This document shows, piece by piece, positions 28,901-40,400 of a DNA stretch of 42,198 bases; position 1 is the stretch's first letter; every line of letters starts with the position of its first letter. The translations under genes and the position numbers were made by a program. The notes under the pieces are model-generated. The model searched no databases. It was not told where the DNA came from and saw only the letters and a program-made list of their open reading frames with translations. The stretch covers positions 1 through 42,198 of the IMG/VR virus record IMGVR_UViG_3300045988_016154. One strand, written 5' to 3'. Origin of the DNA: a virus.

Positions 28901-31355
28901 TGTCGTCAACCTCCTCCAGTCCAATATCTTCCAAATCCTGTTGATAGATATAGTCCACAGTCATTGCTGTGGTATCTATCATATCCTGCTGCGTCTCGGC
29001 AAGCTGCTGCGTGGCCGCGCTCTGGGCCGCCTGAAGCTGCTGGATAATGCGGATGGGATAGGCCCGGCCTATCACAGCCACGCTGTCCGCATCCGTCATG
29101 ATGGTGTTGGTCTCGCCTTCCAGCGGCATGATGGGCCCGTTCCCCGTAGCCTGGAACGCCACCGGCTCGGCAAGCTTGTAAGCAATTTGCACCGGGGTTC
29201 CGGCTGCGGCCTGGGCGGCGAGGTAGGATTTCCAGGCATCTGTGTTCTCGGGGATTATATCGCCCCATCTCACCCGGAAGGCACTCCATACCAATGCGCA
29301 GCCCTTGCCTGTATTGTTGTTCGCCACATCATAATGTGGGTAATGGCTGCATATTTCGTTCCCAGATTTCGGCGAATCGTTGATTGCATCGACAATTTTC
29401 GGGGATACGTAATACCAGTCTCCTTTGTCGGCAGCAAGTCCGCCAATAGTCCACGCCTCGCTCCCGTCAAAGGTTGCCAGTCCCCATTTCTGTTCCCCCG
29501 CTCCCGTCACCGCATCCAAGCTGCCGCCGTAGATGGTAGACGGCAGCGCCAGAGCCAGCGTGTCGCCACGGTAGGGGGTGTAGGTGGTAGGCGGGGTGGT
29601 GCCGGGGACAAGTGCAAAGTTTTTTAAATCAGCCGATGTTTCATCCGGAGAGATACCCGCAGCAAGGCCCACCTGGAAATAAGCCGCGCCCTGTATCGTA
29701 AATGTTGTCACCTTGTGCGTACCGGACGGTTTGTACGGATATAGTAGTGTAGATTTATAGTAAGCATTGTAGGCTGTATCATAGCCAACCGTGTAGGGCA
29801 AAATAGATGCATCCACAATATTGCCGTTGGCATCATAGCCGCGCAGAAGAAAGCGTCCGTGATTTGCTGTATCAGCATCAATCTGAATAGTGTACGTTCC
29901 TGCGGGGTATTTTCTTGCGAGCAAAATATAACTAGCGCCCCAGCCAGATGTATCTACCACGTGGATGGTGCTACCATCTACCGTGCAGTCTTTGTTCTCG
30001 GCAACGCGGGATACATCCAGCAGGTTTACCCCGCACCGCTCTACGCTCACCGCATCCCGCCCGGAAATAGGCCGGATGTTCGCATAAGGCACAAACCCAA
30101 TATCAGTCGCGCCTTTTAGCAGGCACGGCTTTCCGGTGGTTTTGCTGTGCGTTCCGGAGCAAGCCAGAAAGCCCGAGACCTTTGTATCCTCTCTGAGCGT
30201 AAAGGTAGCAGAGCGGCAAACCTCGCTATGGGCAATGACTGTGCTGTCGTCGGCGCGGCTGACCGTCATCCTGTAGTTAGTCATCGCGCCGATGGTGTAG
30301 GTTCCGGCCGGGAGATCAAACGCGTCAAAATTAAAGTATCCGGTGCCGAGGCTCGTGCCGTCCGCAGTCACCGTGCCGTCCGCAGCCATAGTCCACGTGA
30401 TACCATTTGATACCTTTGTCGCCGGAAACAGGGCTGGGTTCAGCAAATTCGGCCCCCCGCCCGCCGGATACGGCTCGCCCTCTCCCGCCTGGGTCGGCTC
30501 CCACGATGCCACCACCCCCAGCGGATACCCCGCTACAGGCTCGCAGGTCACCGGGTTCCCGGTAACTTCCAGCGGCGGGCACAGCGTCTCGATGATCTTT
30601 CGGCTGCTCCACGGGTTCTCGGCACTGATAACAGCATCGTCAATCTGCGGCGCGTCCAGCCCGTCCTTGCCCGCAGGCCCGGGGTCGCCCTTCGCACCCT
30701 GTTCGCCGGGGTCTCCTTTGGGGCCGGTGGGGCCCGGCGCACCCTGGGGTCCGGTCTCACCTCTCAGCCCCCGCTCTCCTTGGGGCCCTTGAGGACCAAT
30801 CGGACCAGTCAAGCCCGTCTTCCCGGGGTCTCCCTTATCGCCCTTTTCTCCCGGAGCGCCTTTGTCTCCCTTTTCACCCCGTGGCCCCTGCGGACCGGCA
30901 GGCCCGATAAAGCTTCCGTCCTCCAGCCCATGCTTCACGTAGCGGTAGATTTTTTCCGCGTCCTCCGCAGCCCGTTTCGCCGACGCGGCATCCGCTGCCA
31001 CAGCGTCCCCAAAGGCCTTCTCCGCAGCCGGTACACTTCCAGGCTTGCCCAGCGATTTCCTCACCGTTACCGTGTATGGCCTGCTGTGCTTGGTCTGTCC
31101 TTCCGCGCTGCCCACCAGCTGCGCAAAGCCCGCTCCGGGCTTCTCCGTGTCTGCCAGGGAGACGGTCCAGATCAGGTCCCCGTCAGCCTCTTCAAGCGGC
31201 ACGTTGTAAGGCCGTTTGTCGCCCCGCCGCAGGTAGTGCAGCGCCCACTTGAAGTCCGAATCCGGATTTTCAAAATAGACCTGGGTAACGTTCTCGTCGC
31301 CCTCGTAAAAAATATCAATATTTCCGTTTGCATCCGGTTTCACCGGAATGATCAT
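28854..31355 (-). CDS. Collagen-like tail fibre / receptor-binding protein (833 aa)
   Basis: 27 uninterrupted G-X-Y triplets (aa 151-232) between an N-terminal anchor domain and a ~600-aa beta-rich C-terminal part. Confidence 0.85.
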   Translation of the reverse strand: MIIPVKPDANGNIDIFYEGDENVTQVYFENPDSDFKWALHYLRRGDKRPYNVPLEEADGDLIWTVSLADTEKPGAGFAQLVGSAEGQTKHSRPYTVTVRKSLGKPGSVPAAEKAFGDAVAADAASAKRAAEDAEKIYRYVKHGLEDGSFIGPAGPQGPRGEKGDKGAPGEKGDKGDPGKTGLTGPIGPQGPQGERGLRGETGPQGAPGPTGPKGDPGEQGAKGDPGPAGKDGLDAPQIDDAVISAENPWSSRKIIETLCPPLEVTGNPVTCEPVAGYPLGVVASWEPTQAGEGEPYPAGGGPNLLNPALFPATKVSNGITWTMAADGTVTADGTSLGTGYFNFDAFDLPAGTYTIGAMTNYRMTVSRADDSTVIAHSEVCRSATFTLREDTKVSGFLACSGTHSKTTGKPCLLKGATDIGFVPYANIRPISGRDAVSVERCGVNLLDVSRVAENKDCTVDGSTIHVVDTSGWGASYILLARKYPAGTYTIQIDADTANHGRFLLRGYDANGNIVDASILPYTVGYDTAYNAYYKSTLLYPYKPSGTHKVTTFTIQGAAYFQVGLAAGISPDETSADLKNFALVPGTTPPTTYTPYRGDTLALALPSTIYGGSLDAVTGAGEQKWGLATFDGSEAWTIGGLAADKGDWYYVSPKIVDAINDSPKSGNEICSHYPHYDVANNNTGKGCALVWSAFRVRWGDIIPENTDAWKSYLAAQAAAGTPVQIAYKLAEPVAFQATGNGPIMPLEGETNTIMTDADSVAVIGRAYPIRIIQQLQAAQSAATQQLAETQQDMIDTTAMTVDYIYQQDLEDIGLEEVDDSDNQTNTEPVDVPGV
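30660..30905 (-). repeat. Collagen-type G-X-Y coding repeat (27 triplets)
   Basis: [82 protein letters not shown]. Confidence 0.9.
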
Positions 31356-31416
31356 AGTCCCACCGCCTTTCTCCCCTCTATCTTACCCTACTTTCAGCCG
31401 TTCCTCTAACCCCAAA

Positions 31417-31434
31417 CCCCGGGTTTCCCCGGGG
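31417..31434. terminator. GC hairpin with GAAA tetraloop after the giant gene
   Basis: Minus strand reads CCCCGGG-GAAA-CCCGGGG followed by TTTGGGG. The plus strand has TTTTT after the hairpin. Confidence 0.55.
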
Positions 31435-31442
31435 TTTTTCGT

Positions 31443-34400
31443 TTACCTCCAGGGCAGCTTCCGCAGCACGCTCTTTCTCGCCTTGGGGTATTCCGCCTGG
31501 AACAGGGCATCCTTCTGTTCCGCGCTGATGGGCATCGAATCAATGTACTCAATAACCTGTTCCTGCTTCGTGATATCCTCTTTCCCGTCGCCGTCCTCGT
31601 CAATGCTGGACAACTTCGAAACAGCCCGGATATAGCTGTCGTAGGTGTCCGCGGAGATTCCCGCCGGGTGGATGGTTTCGGCGTAGTCCAGATATCTCGC
31701 ATTGCTCCAGCTGATTTCGTCCCCCAGCTCCATCTCCGTATCCCACTGCAGAATCAGGTCGTCCAGCTCCTCATCCTCGGCAATGTCCGCCGCGGTAAGC
31801 ACCTTCCGCACCTGTGCCTCCGTCAGCTCTCCTGCAGCGTAGCCATCCTTGGCGTCGCTCTTGACATTGCTCTGGAAGGTCTTCAGCGCGTCCGATTCCG
31901 CCTCCTGTCGGGTCAGCTTCCCGTCCGCCTCCTGATTCCGGTCCGCCTGATAGCGGATCAGCTCCTTTTGCACGTCCCCGGCATATCCCAGACCGTTGGC
32001 GGCGGCGTTGACGTATTCGGAATAGTCGTACAGCTTTTCCGGAGGGCTTTCCTTGCCGCTCTGGGTCTTCTCCTTCATGCTGTTGGCCTTCTGGTTGATG
32101 GCCTTGATTACCTGATCCTGGGTGTAGTGCCCATCGGCCACGATTTCCCGGATGATAGCCACCCGCTTCGGCGTGTTCCCGTCGATGGCGTACTGTGCCG
32201 CCGTCTTGATTCTGGGGTCATTCTCCCGCAGACCCTTTAAGAGGGCGCTTTCGTACTTCTTCTCGTCCCCGAACAGGGCCTTCAGCCGTCTGGCAAGCAC
32301 ATCCTTCCCCTGGGTGATGGCCTTGTACAGCTGGTCGCTGCTGCTCTCGTCAGCCTTCCAGCTGAGGATCGGGAAGTTCTTCCGTGCGCTGTCCTTCATG
32401 GCCTTCAGCACGGTGTCGGCGTTCATCTCCGCCCCGTTGCTGGGGTTTCTTGCCGTATTGATAACTGCCTCCACGTCCCGCACAACGTTCTTCAGCGGCA
32501 GGCCCATAACCGTTCCAACCATCCACGCGTTGTCCAGCCATGCGGTACGCACCTTCTTTTTCCACGCATCCTTCTTCTCATCGCTCCACTCATCGTCATA
32601 CTTTCCGTACAGTGTCGTGATTTTCTTCAGCGCCGTTATCAGGTCAGAGGCAAGGCTCATGTCCGTCCGCTCGATGCTGTAGCCCAGAAGCAGGTTGTTG
32701 ATGTCCGACAGAACCGGGATGTAGGTCAGCGGATTGAGGGAATCCACGGTCTCCCCCGCAAGACTTGCCATGTATTTCTCCCAGTAAGTCTTGTCGTCGT
32801 CGTCATCTCTGGCCGCGTATACCACCGATGCCAGCGCCGCGTTCAGCACTGTCGCCACGGCCACACTGCTCAGAACCTTTCCCGCCATGCGCTTGTCGCC
32901 TCTGGCGAACTTCCGCACCGCGTCCTCCACCATGTTGGCCGTGGTGGTAGGCTCCGCCATGAAGGCCGTGGCCATGCTCATAAGCCCGCTCTTGGAACGC
33001 ATATTGGCGCTTCTTGAGAACACGGAATCATAAACCTGTGTCCGCGTAATGGTGTCCGTGAACAGCTCTCCGGCCTTTTGCAGAAGGGCCTCGCCCCTCA
33101 GCCCCGGGTTCTGGGCCGCCGTCTTCCGCTTCGCCGCCTCCCAGATGCCGCACCATGTCACCTGATCCGCCATCTCCGGCAGCCACCCGGAAAATTTATC
33201 CACCTTGTCCGTGATCTTCCCCCAGGTGCTGAGCCCGTTTCGCCCGATGATGTATTCCAGGGTGCTTCTGCCCATGTCCACGTCAAACCGGCCCATTTCC
33301 TTCAGGCCCGCCACAGCCGCGTATTTTTTTAGCTGCTTCCAGGTTTCGGCAAACTTCTTGCCCTCTACCTTGCTGCCGATAAAATACTTTGGTTCAATGT
33401 AGGCCAGTGCTCTGCCGACGGCGCTGGGCTGCTGAATGGCCACGGACAGGGAAGCGGAAACCGCCGCCTTCTTGAAGCCGCTCAGCATGGCTTTGCTCAC
33501 CGTCTCCCTGGGGTCTGCCCGCAGGCCGCCGTTCAGGTCTTTCAGGAACTGGTCGATGTAGTTCACCGCTCCCTTTCCCGCCGTCTTCTGGATCAGCTGC
33601 CGCACGCCCATGGTGCTCCTCACCGTGCCGTCGCCCTTCTGGTTCCAGTTGTACACCCGGTAGAAGTCCTCCATAGGCAGCGTGAAGGAATGGTACATGC
33701 TCATGTCGCTCACGTGCTCTGCCCAGGTCTCCGTCAGGGTGCTCAGCTCAATGGCGTTGTTTGCCTTCGGGGTCAGGGCCTTGGTGAATCCCTTGGTTTT
33801 CAGCTTGTTCCCGGGGTTGTCCTGCTGCGCCCGCACCCGCTCGGAGAAAACGTCGCTGGATTTCAGCGGCCAGTAGGTTTCCTCTCCGAACTTCTTAATG
33901 CCGTACAGCGCCATGTTCACCTCGTCGCCCTTGGCGCCCATGATCTTCGCCAGATACTGCTGCATCTCAAAGGCGAATTGCCGCTGCTCCTTGGTCAGGC
34001 TTCCTGCAATGGCATCAATGGTTTCATCCGTCAGCGTATAGGCGTTGGCATCGTTGTAGGTGGTCTCTCTGGTAACCCCCAGCGGTCCCTTGGTGAATCG
34101 TTTGGTGTTCTCTCCCAGCACAATGCCGCCCTTCGTCAGGTGCTCCCGTGCCTGGGGCCGCAGGCTGTAGGCGTACAGGCTCATAAGCTCGTCCAGGCTC
34201 AGCTGGAATTTCTGCCCGTTCGCCGCCGTGAACTCCTTCAGCTCGTTCAGATCCCACTTGCTGAAGCCGTTCTTTTCCGCAGATTCCAGGAAAAAGTTCC
34301 GCGCTTCCGACACATCCCGATAGAACGTATCCTCGCCCTTGCGCAGATTGTCGTACAGCTCGCTCATCACCGCGCTGCCGATTCGCTCAAAGGCGTATAC

Positions 34401-37400
34401 CGGCTTCTCATTGTTCCAGAAGAATTGGTCAATGTTTCTGCCTATTGCCGTCTGATTGGGGTTTTTCTTCTTCATCAGGCTCAGCTCAGTGGTTGCCCGC
34501 TTCACCATTTCATCGATCCGCGCATTCTTCCCCGCCACAAATGCCTTGTTGGCATTCCTTATGGTGGTCAGCAGCGCCGTGTAGCTGTCTCTCACGGCCT
34601 TGAGCTGCTGCAAGGAAAGATTCCGGTATTCCGTGTCGCCGATCTGCTCCATGGTGTTCTGGATCAGAGCCTCAATGTTGCTGTCGTACAGGCTGTCCCC
34701 CTGGGTTTCCAGCTTGTGGTATTGCTCTTGCAGTTCAGCCAGCGCCGCCTTCATGCTGCTGTCCTTGCCGGTCAGGTTCTGGATCTTGCGGTTCAGGTCT
34801 GCGATCTTGTCCCCGTTGGCGGAAGGATTCTTTTCCAGCTCCCGCAGCCGGTAGGCGTATTCCGCCAGCCTGTCCGCGTTCTGCGCCGCCTTGCTGTCTC
34901 CAATCACGCCGTTAATGGCCCGCAGAGCCATGGCAACGCTGCTCTGCAATCCCTGGGGCACATGGGCCGTGTTGGTGGGCTGCAAGAGGTACTTGTTCAG
35001 CGTGTCGATGGTGTTTTGCAGCTTGTGCCGTTCCTCGGTCTTCTTCCGGCTCTCCACCTTCTGCGCCGCCGCTTCCCGCTGCTGCTTCACCTTGGCTTCC
35101 AATTTCCCAATGTCCTTTTCCAGCTCATACTGCTGCCGGAGGTTTTCATAAACCTGCTTTCGGGAAGTCTCCGCGTCCTTGTTGCCATCCGATTTTTCAT
35201 TGGCAAGCTCCTTTAGCATTCTGCGGAGCGTCGGGCTTTTTGCGTCCTTGTATTCCTCGCTTTTCAGAGCTTCAAAAAATTCATTTTGGTAGGCTGCTGT
35301 GTCGGTGCTGTAGGTAGTACGCAGTTTCGCCATCTGGCGGTCATAGCTCAATTTTATTTCGTTTCTTTCCACCTCCCAGAGTGCCGCGTTGGCCTTATCG
35401 ATAGCCGCCTGGGCAGCCTTCATAGCATCAATTGCCGCGGCGCCTCTTTTCTTCTCGGCTTCCAGATCATAGGCGTGGCTCTTCTCCATGGCCGCCGCTT
35501 CCGCGTCCCACTCCTTGCGCAGCTGCTTGATTTCCCTCTTGTGCTGCTCCTTCAGCGTTTCCAGCTCCTTTTTCATGTTGTCGGAAACGCTTTCCATAGG
35601 CTTTGCTTCCAGATACCCCATAAGGATCTTCTGCATCAGGTCTGCTTTCTGCTCTGCCCGGTAGTATTGGAACTCTGCCTCGCTGCTGCTCTCGGTGCTG
35701 TTCGCCCAGCTCACAATTTGGGCCAGCCCGTCCGGCATATTGCTCTCCGTCACATCCGCCCCGAACCTGTCCGGGAACTGTGCTGCCGCTTCCTGCCACA
35801 GCTGGTCAAGGCTGGTTTCCGCGTTCTGGTCAAGAATAATGCTGCCCTTGATTGCCCGCTTGAAGTCGTTCAGGCTGCCGTATGTGTATTCAATGTCCCC
35901 GATCTGGCCGTCGCTCAGGCTCACCCGCCGTTTTTTCAGGAAGTCGAGAATATCCTGGGCGTAGCCGTCCCGCTCTGCCTGATGGTGTTCCAGCAGCCAA
36001 TCCGCCAGCTCTCCGGCCCTGTCCTGCATGGTTTCGTAGCTCATGTCCTCCGTGCCCAGCGCCCGATAGAAGTCGTTCAGCAGCTTGCCAAACTCGCCTC
36101 CCTTGGCGTTCACGCTTTCCATAAGCCCCTTGCCGATGGCGTTCACGGAGCTCCTGTCCAGAATGTGCGCCTTGTTCCCGCTTTTCTGAACATTTACCAC
36201 CTGTTTCAGGTACTCCGTCTCCGCCTTGAGTTCCGCGTTCTTCTTCTCCAACCGCTCCACCTGCCGGGATTGGCTGTTGCGGTCAGAATACCGCACATTT
36301 CCCTTGACTTCTGTGCCCTGCTGTGGTAGAGTGTCCTCAGAGGAATTCCCATGTATGACGTCAGGCGATTTATTCGTAGTAACGTCGGTTGGGGATTCCT
36401 CCTTTTGCATTTGAAAATGTGCTGGTTGGATATCCACTACGTCATAAAATACCGCAGTACCTTTGTCTGTAATTCCAACAACAACCTCTGCGGAATACTG
36501 GTTTTCTCCCGCTTTAATAAGAACTCTCCCATGGTCAAAATCCACAAAATTGTCCGTCCTGGGGTGCTTCAGTTTTCCGTCCCGCGCCCAATCCGTTGTG
36601 GCAATAACAACGTCATCAATTGCACTCGCTGTGCGCATCTTGTCTGCGAACAACTGTGGTGCTTTCTTAGAAAGCATTTCGGAATAATCCGAAGCTGCAA
36701 ATTCGCGGCGACTAACCCTGTTGACGTTTCTGGTAACGCCGTCCACCACAATTCCGTCACTGAATTTTTTCAGAGCTTCCTTTGCCGCAGCCTGAACCTT
36801 CTTTTTGGTCTGGTTGTTCCACTGCGTCAAATCAATATTGCTCAGAATGTCTTCATCAACCACAGCCACAGTTTTGCCGTCTGTAGTCCCCCGCAGCGAA
36901 TACCTCACGCCCTCCCGGGCGTTCTTTTTTTGCCCGTCCTGCAGCTGGTAGTTCTCCCCAGCCTCCGCTACCGCCTCGGCCCAGGCCTGGGCAATTTCCG
37001 TGTTGTCCTGCACCGCCCGCTTGAGCATCCGGCCAATGTCACTGTCCGGGTCACTGTCCTTATAGGCGTTTCGCAGCTTCTCCACAAGCCCTGTGAAAAA
37101 GTCCTTGATCTTCTGCCACAGCGTCCTGTCCTGCTCATAGATTTGCTGGGATAGCCGGTTGGCCGCGTCCGTGTCCGTCAGGATCGTCTCGCTCATCTCG
37201 GCAATGGTCTCGTCGTAGGCGATTTCCTGCAATTCCGTCTCGGAAAGCCCCTTGTATTCCTCCATCTCCGAAAGCCGCGCCATCTGCCGTGCAATCAGAG
37301 AATCATAACTGATGCCCTTGTTCTCCGCTGCCGCAATAATCATCTGCGCATAGGCTTCGTATTTGGCAGGGGAGTAGTCCTTGATAAAGTGTGTCGTCTC

Positions 37401-40400
37401 GTGGGCCAGCGCGTAGGCCACAGCACCCTGCCCGTTGTCGCCCGCGTTCAGGTCAATGGCAATGCTGCCGTCTGCCTTTCGGTAAACGCCATTTGGCTTC
37501 CCGGCCTTCCGCTCTGCCTCTGTGCTGGCGTATACCTCTACGTGCAGCCCAGCCGCCGCCAGCGCCTTGGCCGCTGCCATGCCGGTCTGCTGCTGCTTGT
37601 TCAGGCTTCGGATGCTCTTGGCGCTCTCCTGCATGGTAACGCCGCTCTCCCGCGTCCCGGCCTTTCCACTGTCGATCAGCGCTTCCTGCGCCTGCACCTT
37701 TGCCGCCCGCCGCTGCTTTCCGGCCTCCCAGGCGGCTCTCCGCTGGGTCTCCGGCAGCTTTGCAGCGTCCGAATATCCCGGGGTATCCTCAAATTTCACC
37801 CCGTTCATGCCCCGGTAATAGGCGTTCCGGATAGCCCGTGCATACGCCGCGCTGCTCAGCCCGCTGTCGTCAATGCCGCTCAGCAGGCTTCTGGCCGTCT
37901 CCGTGTCCGTCTGCATATTGCTGATGGCCGCGTAAACCGCAGCCTCTCCGCTGTTGCCGTAGGAAACGTCACTGGCCGCGATTTCCTGCCCGTCGTCCGT
38001 ATTCAGGTACAGAACCCCGTTCTCCACCTTGGCAATGGGTTCACTGGCAAGGATGTTAATGGGCTCGCTGTCGCTCTTTCTGAATGCCTGCCCGGAGTTG
38101 TCGCTGTCAAATTCCGCCTTTGTCTCCGGCGCAATGCCCAGCACACTGCCCTGCACATTTCCGATGGTTCGCATGGAGGCCTCCACACTTGGCTTTGCGT
38201 TCTCCTGCAAGGTCTCCTTGCCGCCCACGCTGTTCAGGATTTCCTGGGTCAGCTTCTCCCCGCCGATCATGCGCATATAGGCCTTGTCTCCCGGCAGCAT
38301 AGCCGTGCCGTCGTAGACCCTTGTCAGCACATTCAGCGCGTGCTTCTTGTTCTGAATGCCCCGCTGCCCTTCCAGGTACTTTTCGGCCGCCTTTCGGAAT
38401 TCTGCCGTCTCCGCGCCTCTGGCTTCCCGCCCTGCCTGCTGAGCGATCTGAGTTGCCACCTTGCCGGTCCGGTAGGTGTTCCGGAAGGACTTGTCCCCGG
38501 CGCTTGCCTTGTTTGCCACCTCGGCCGCCGCCTTTTGCAGCTTGGCCCGCTTCTTCTCGTTGGTCAGGCTCTCCGCCTGCTCCTGCAGGTCCACAGCCCG
38601 CCCGTTTTCCAGTAACTGGCTTCCGACGGCGTAATTGCCCACGGTACTGTGAACACGATTCACGCCGCTGCTGAGCGCCTGTCCTCCTGCTGCCATAGCC
38701 CCCGCAGAGATTGCGCCGCCATATCCTGCCCAGAGAATATCCACGGCGTTGTCCTTCCATACCTGCTGCCTGGCTTTCTCCTCGGTCATGCCCTGGGCCA
38801 TATATTCCCGCACCGCCATGGAGTTTTCGCTGTTCTTGCCCATGTTGATGGCGTCCAGAATGATGTTGCCCATCTCCGTGAACATCTCTTCAGAACCTTC
38901 CACGCCCATCTGAATGGCAAGTTTCTTCACAAACTCCCCGGCAGTCTTGGCAGGGTTATCCAGAATATTCGTAAAAAACACTTCCATGGAAACGTCCTCA
39001 AACAGCGCTTCCAGGATGCCGGAGCCAATGGAGCCGATTGCAATCTGCGTCGGTGTCGCGCCCTTCAGTTCAAGCTCCTGCGCTCTCTGGGCAAAGGCTC
39101 CCATGCCCATGACGGTGGTATATCCGCCCACATGGAAATTAAACGGCCCCGCGGGGAGTGCCAATCCCTGCCCGAAGGTCATAGCCCCCGCCATGCTGTC
39201 CACGCCGGACATCAGTGCCTGGAATGTCTGGTTTGCCAGGTTTCCGGCCTTCGCCGCGAACTGCTCCCCGAATTTGTCCGCCAGTTTGCTTTCCGTCCAG
39301 TCTCCGATATCCTGCCCAACGCTGCCCCGGATGTAAGAGGCGTACCGCTGGAAGAACTGCATGGAGCTGTAGGGGTTCGTCCGTCCCGTGACCATATCCG
39401 TGGTCTTTCCCAGCGCCGCCGGAATGGCCCCCACAAGGTTTGCGCCAACGCTCACCGCGGTCAGCCCGGCTTTCTCCCAGCTGTTTGCGTTCTCAATGGA
39501 CTGTACTGTCTTCAACTCATTCCGCCGGGAAAGCTCAATGTACATATCGTCCAGGTACTGGTTGGCGGCCTCCTGTCCCCGTTGTCCCTTGATATAGTAG
39601 TAGGTCTCTATCTCGTTGTCCGTCAGGAGGTCCCAGTACCCGTCATTCCCCGCCATGACGATGTTATTCAGCTGTACGTTGGAACTGCTCACGGCATCCT
39701 GTTTCTGCTCCGGTGTCAGACTCCGCCACAGGCCCAGCCGGTCCTCCGCCGTAGGCTCTGTGTCTCTGGTATACTGGATCGTTCCGGGAACATAGTCCGC
39801 CCGCTGTGCCTGGGCATCCTGCGCCGCCTGTTCCTCATTCTTCTTGTTCTCCCAGTCTACAATACTTTCATATCCTGGCCCCGTATAGCTAGTGTCCGTC
39901 CCCTTGGCCGCCGCAGCGTCCCCGGCATACTGGTCGATCTTCCCCCAGGTAGCGTTGTAGGCATCCATTCGGTTCCTTGCCCCAAGGAGGCTGTTCTCCG
40001 CATCGGTCATTCGCTTTTTTGCAGCCTGCCATTTTTCGGTGAGGTCCTTGTCATATTCGTCAATGGTGAAACTCCTGTAGCGGTCATCCATAGTCCGCCA
40101 CTCGGAATCAACCCGCTCGAATTCCTTTTTCGCCGCCGTATACTCCGCCAGCGCCCTTTGACTTTCCTGCGCATCCTTCTGGCTCTGCTGCTTCCGGATC
40201 TCCCGGGCCTCACTGTCGCTCAGCCCCCAGCTGCCCGCAGAGTACCCAACGCCGAAGTTCCCGTACCCGCTTCTCTGCCGGTCATAGTCGTCGCTGTCCC
40301 GGAATTTGGAATAGTACCCGTTCAGCTCCTGCATTTGCTTGTTGTAGCCCAGAAGCATATTCCGGTAGTCCGTCATGCCGCTTTTGTCGCCCTCATAGGC

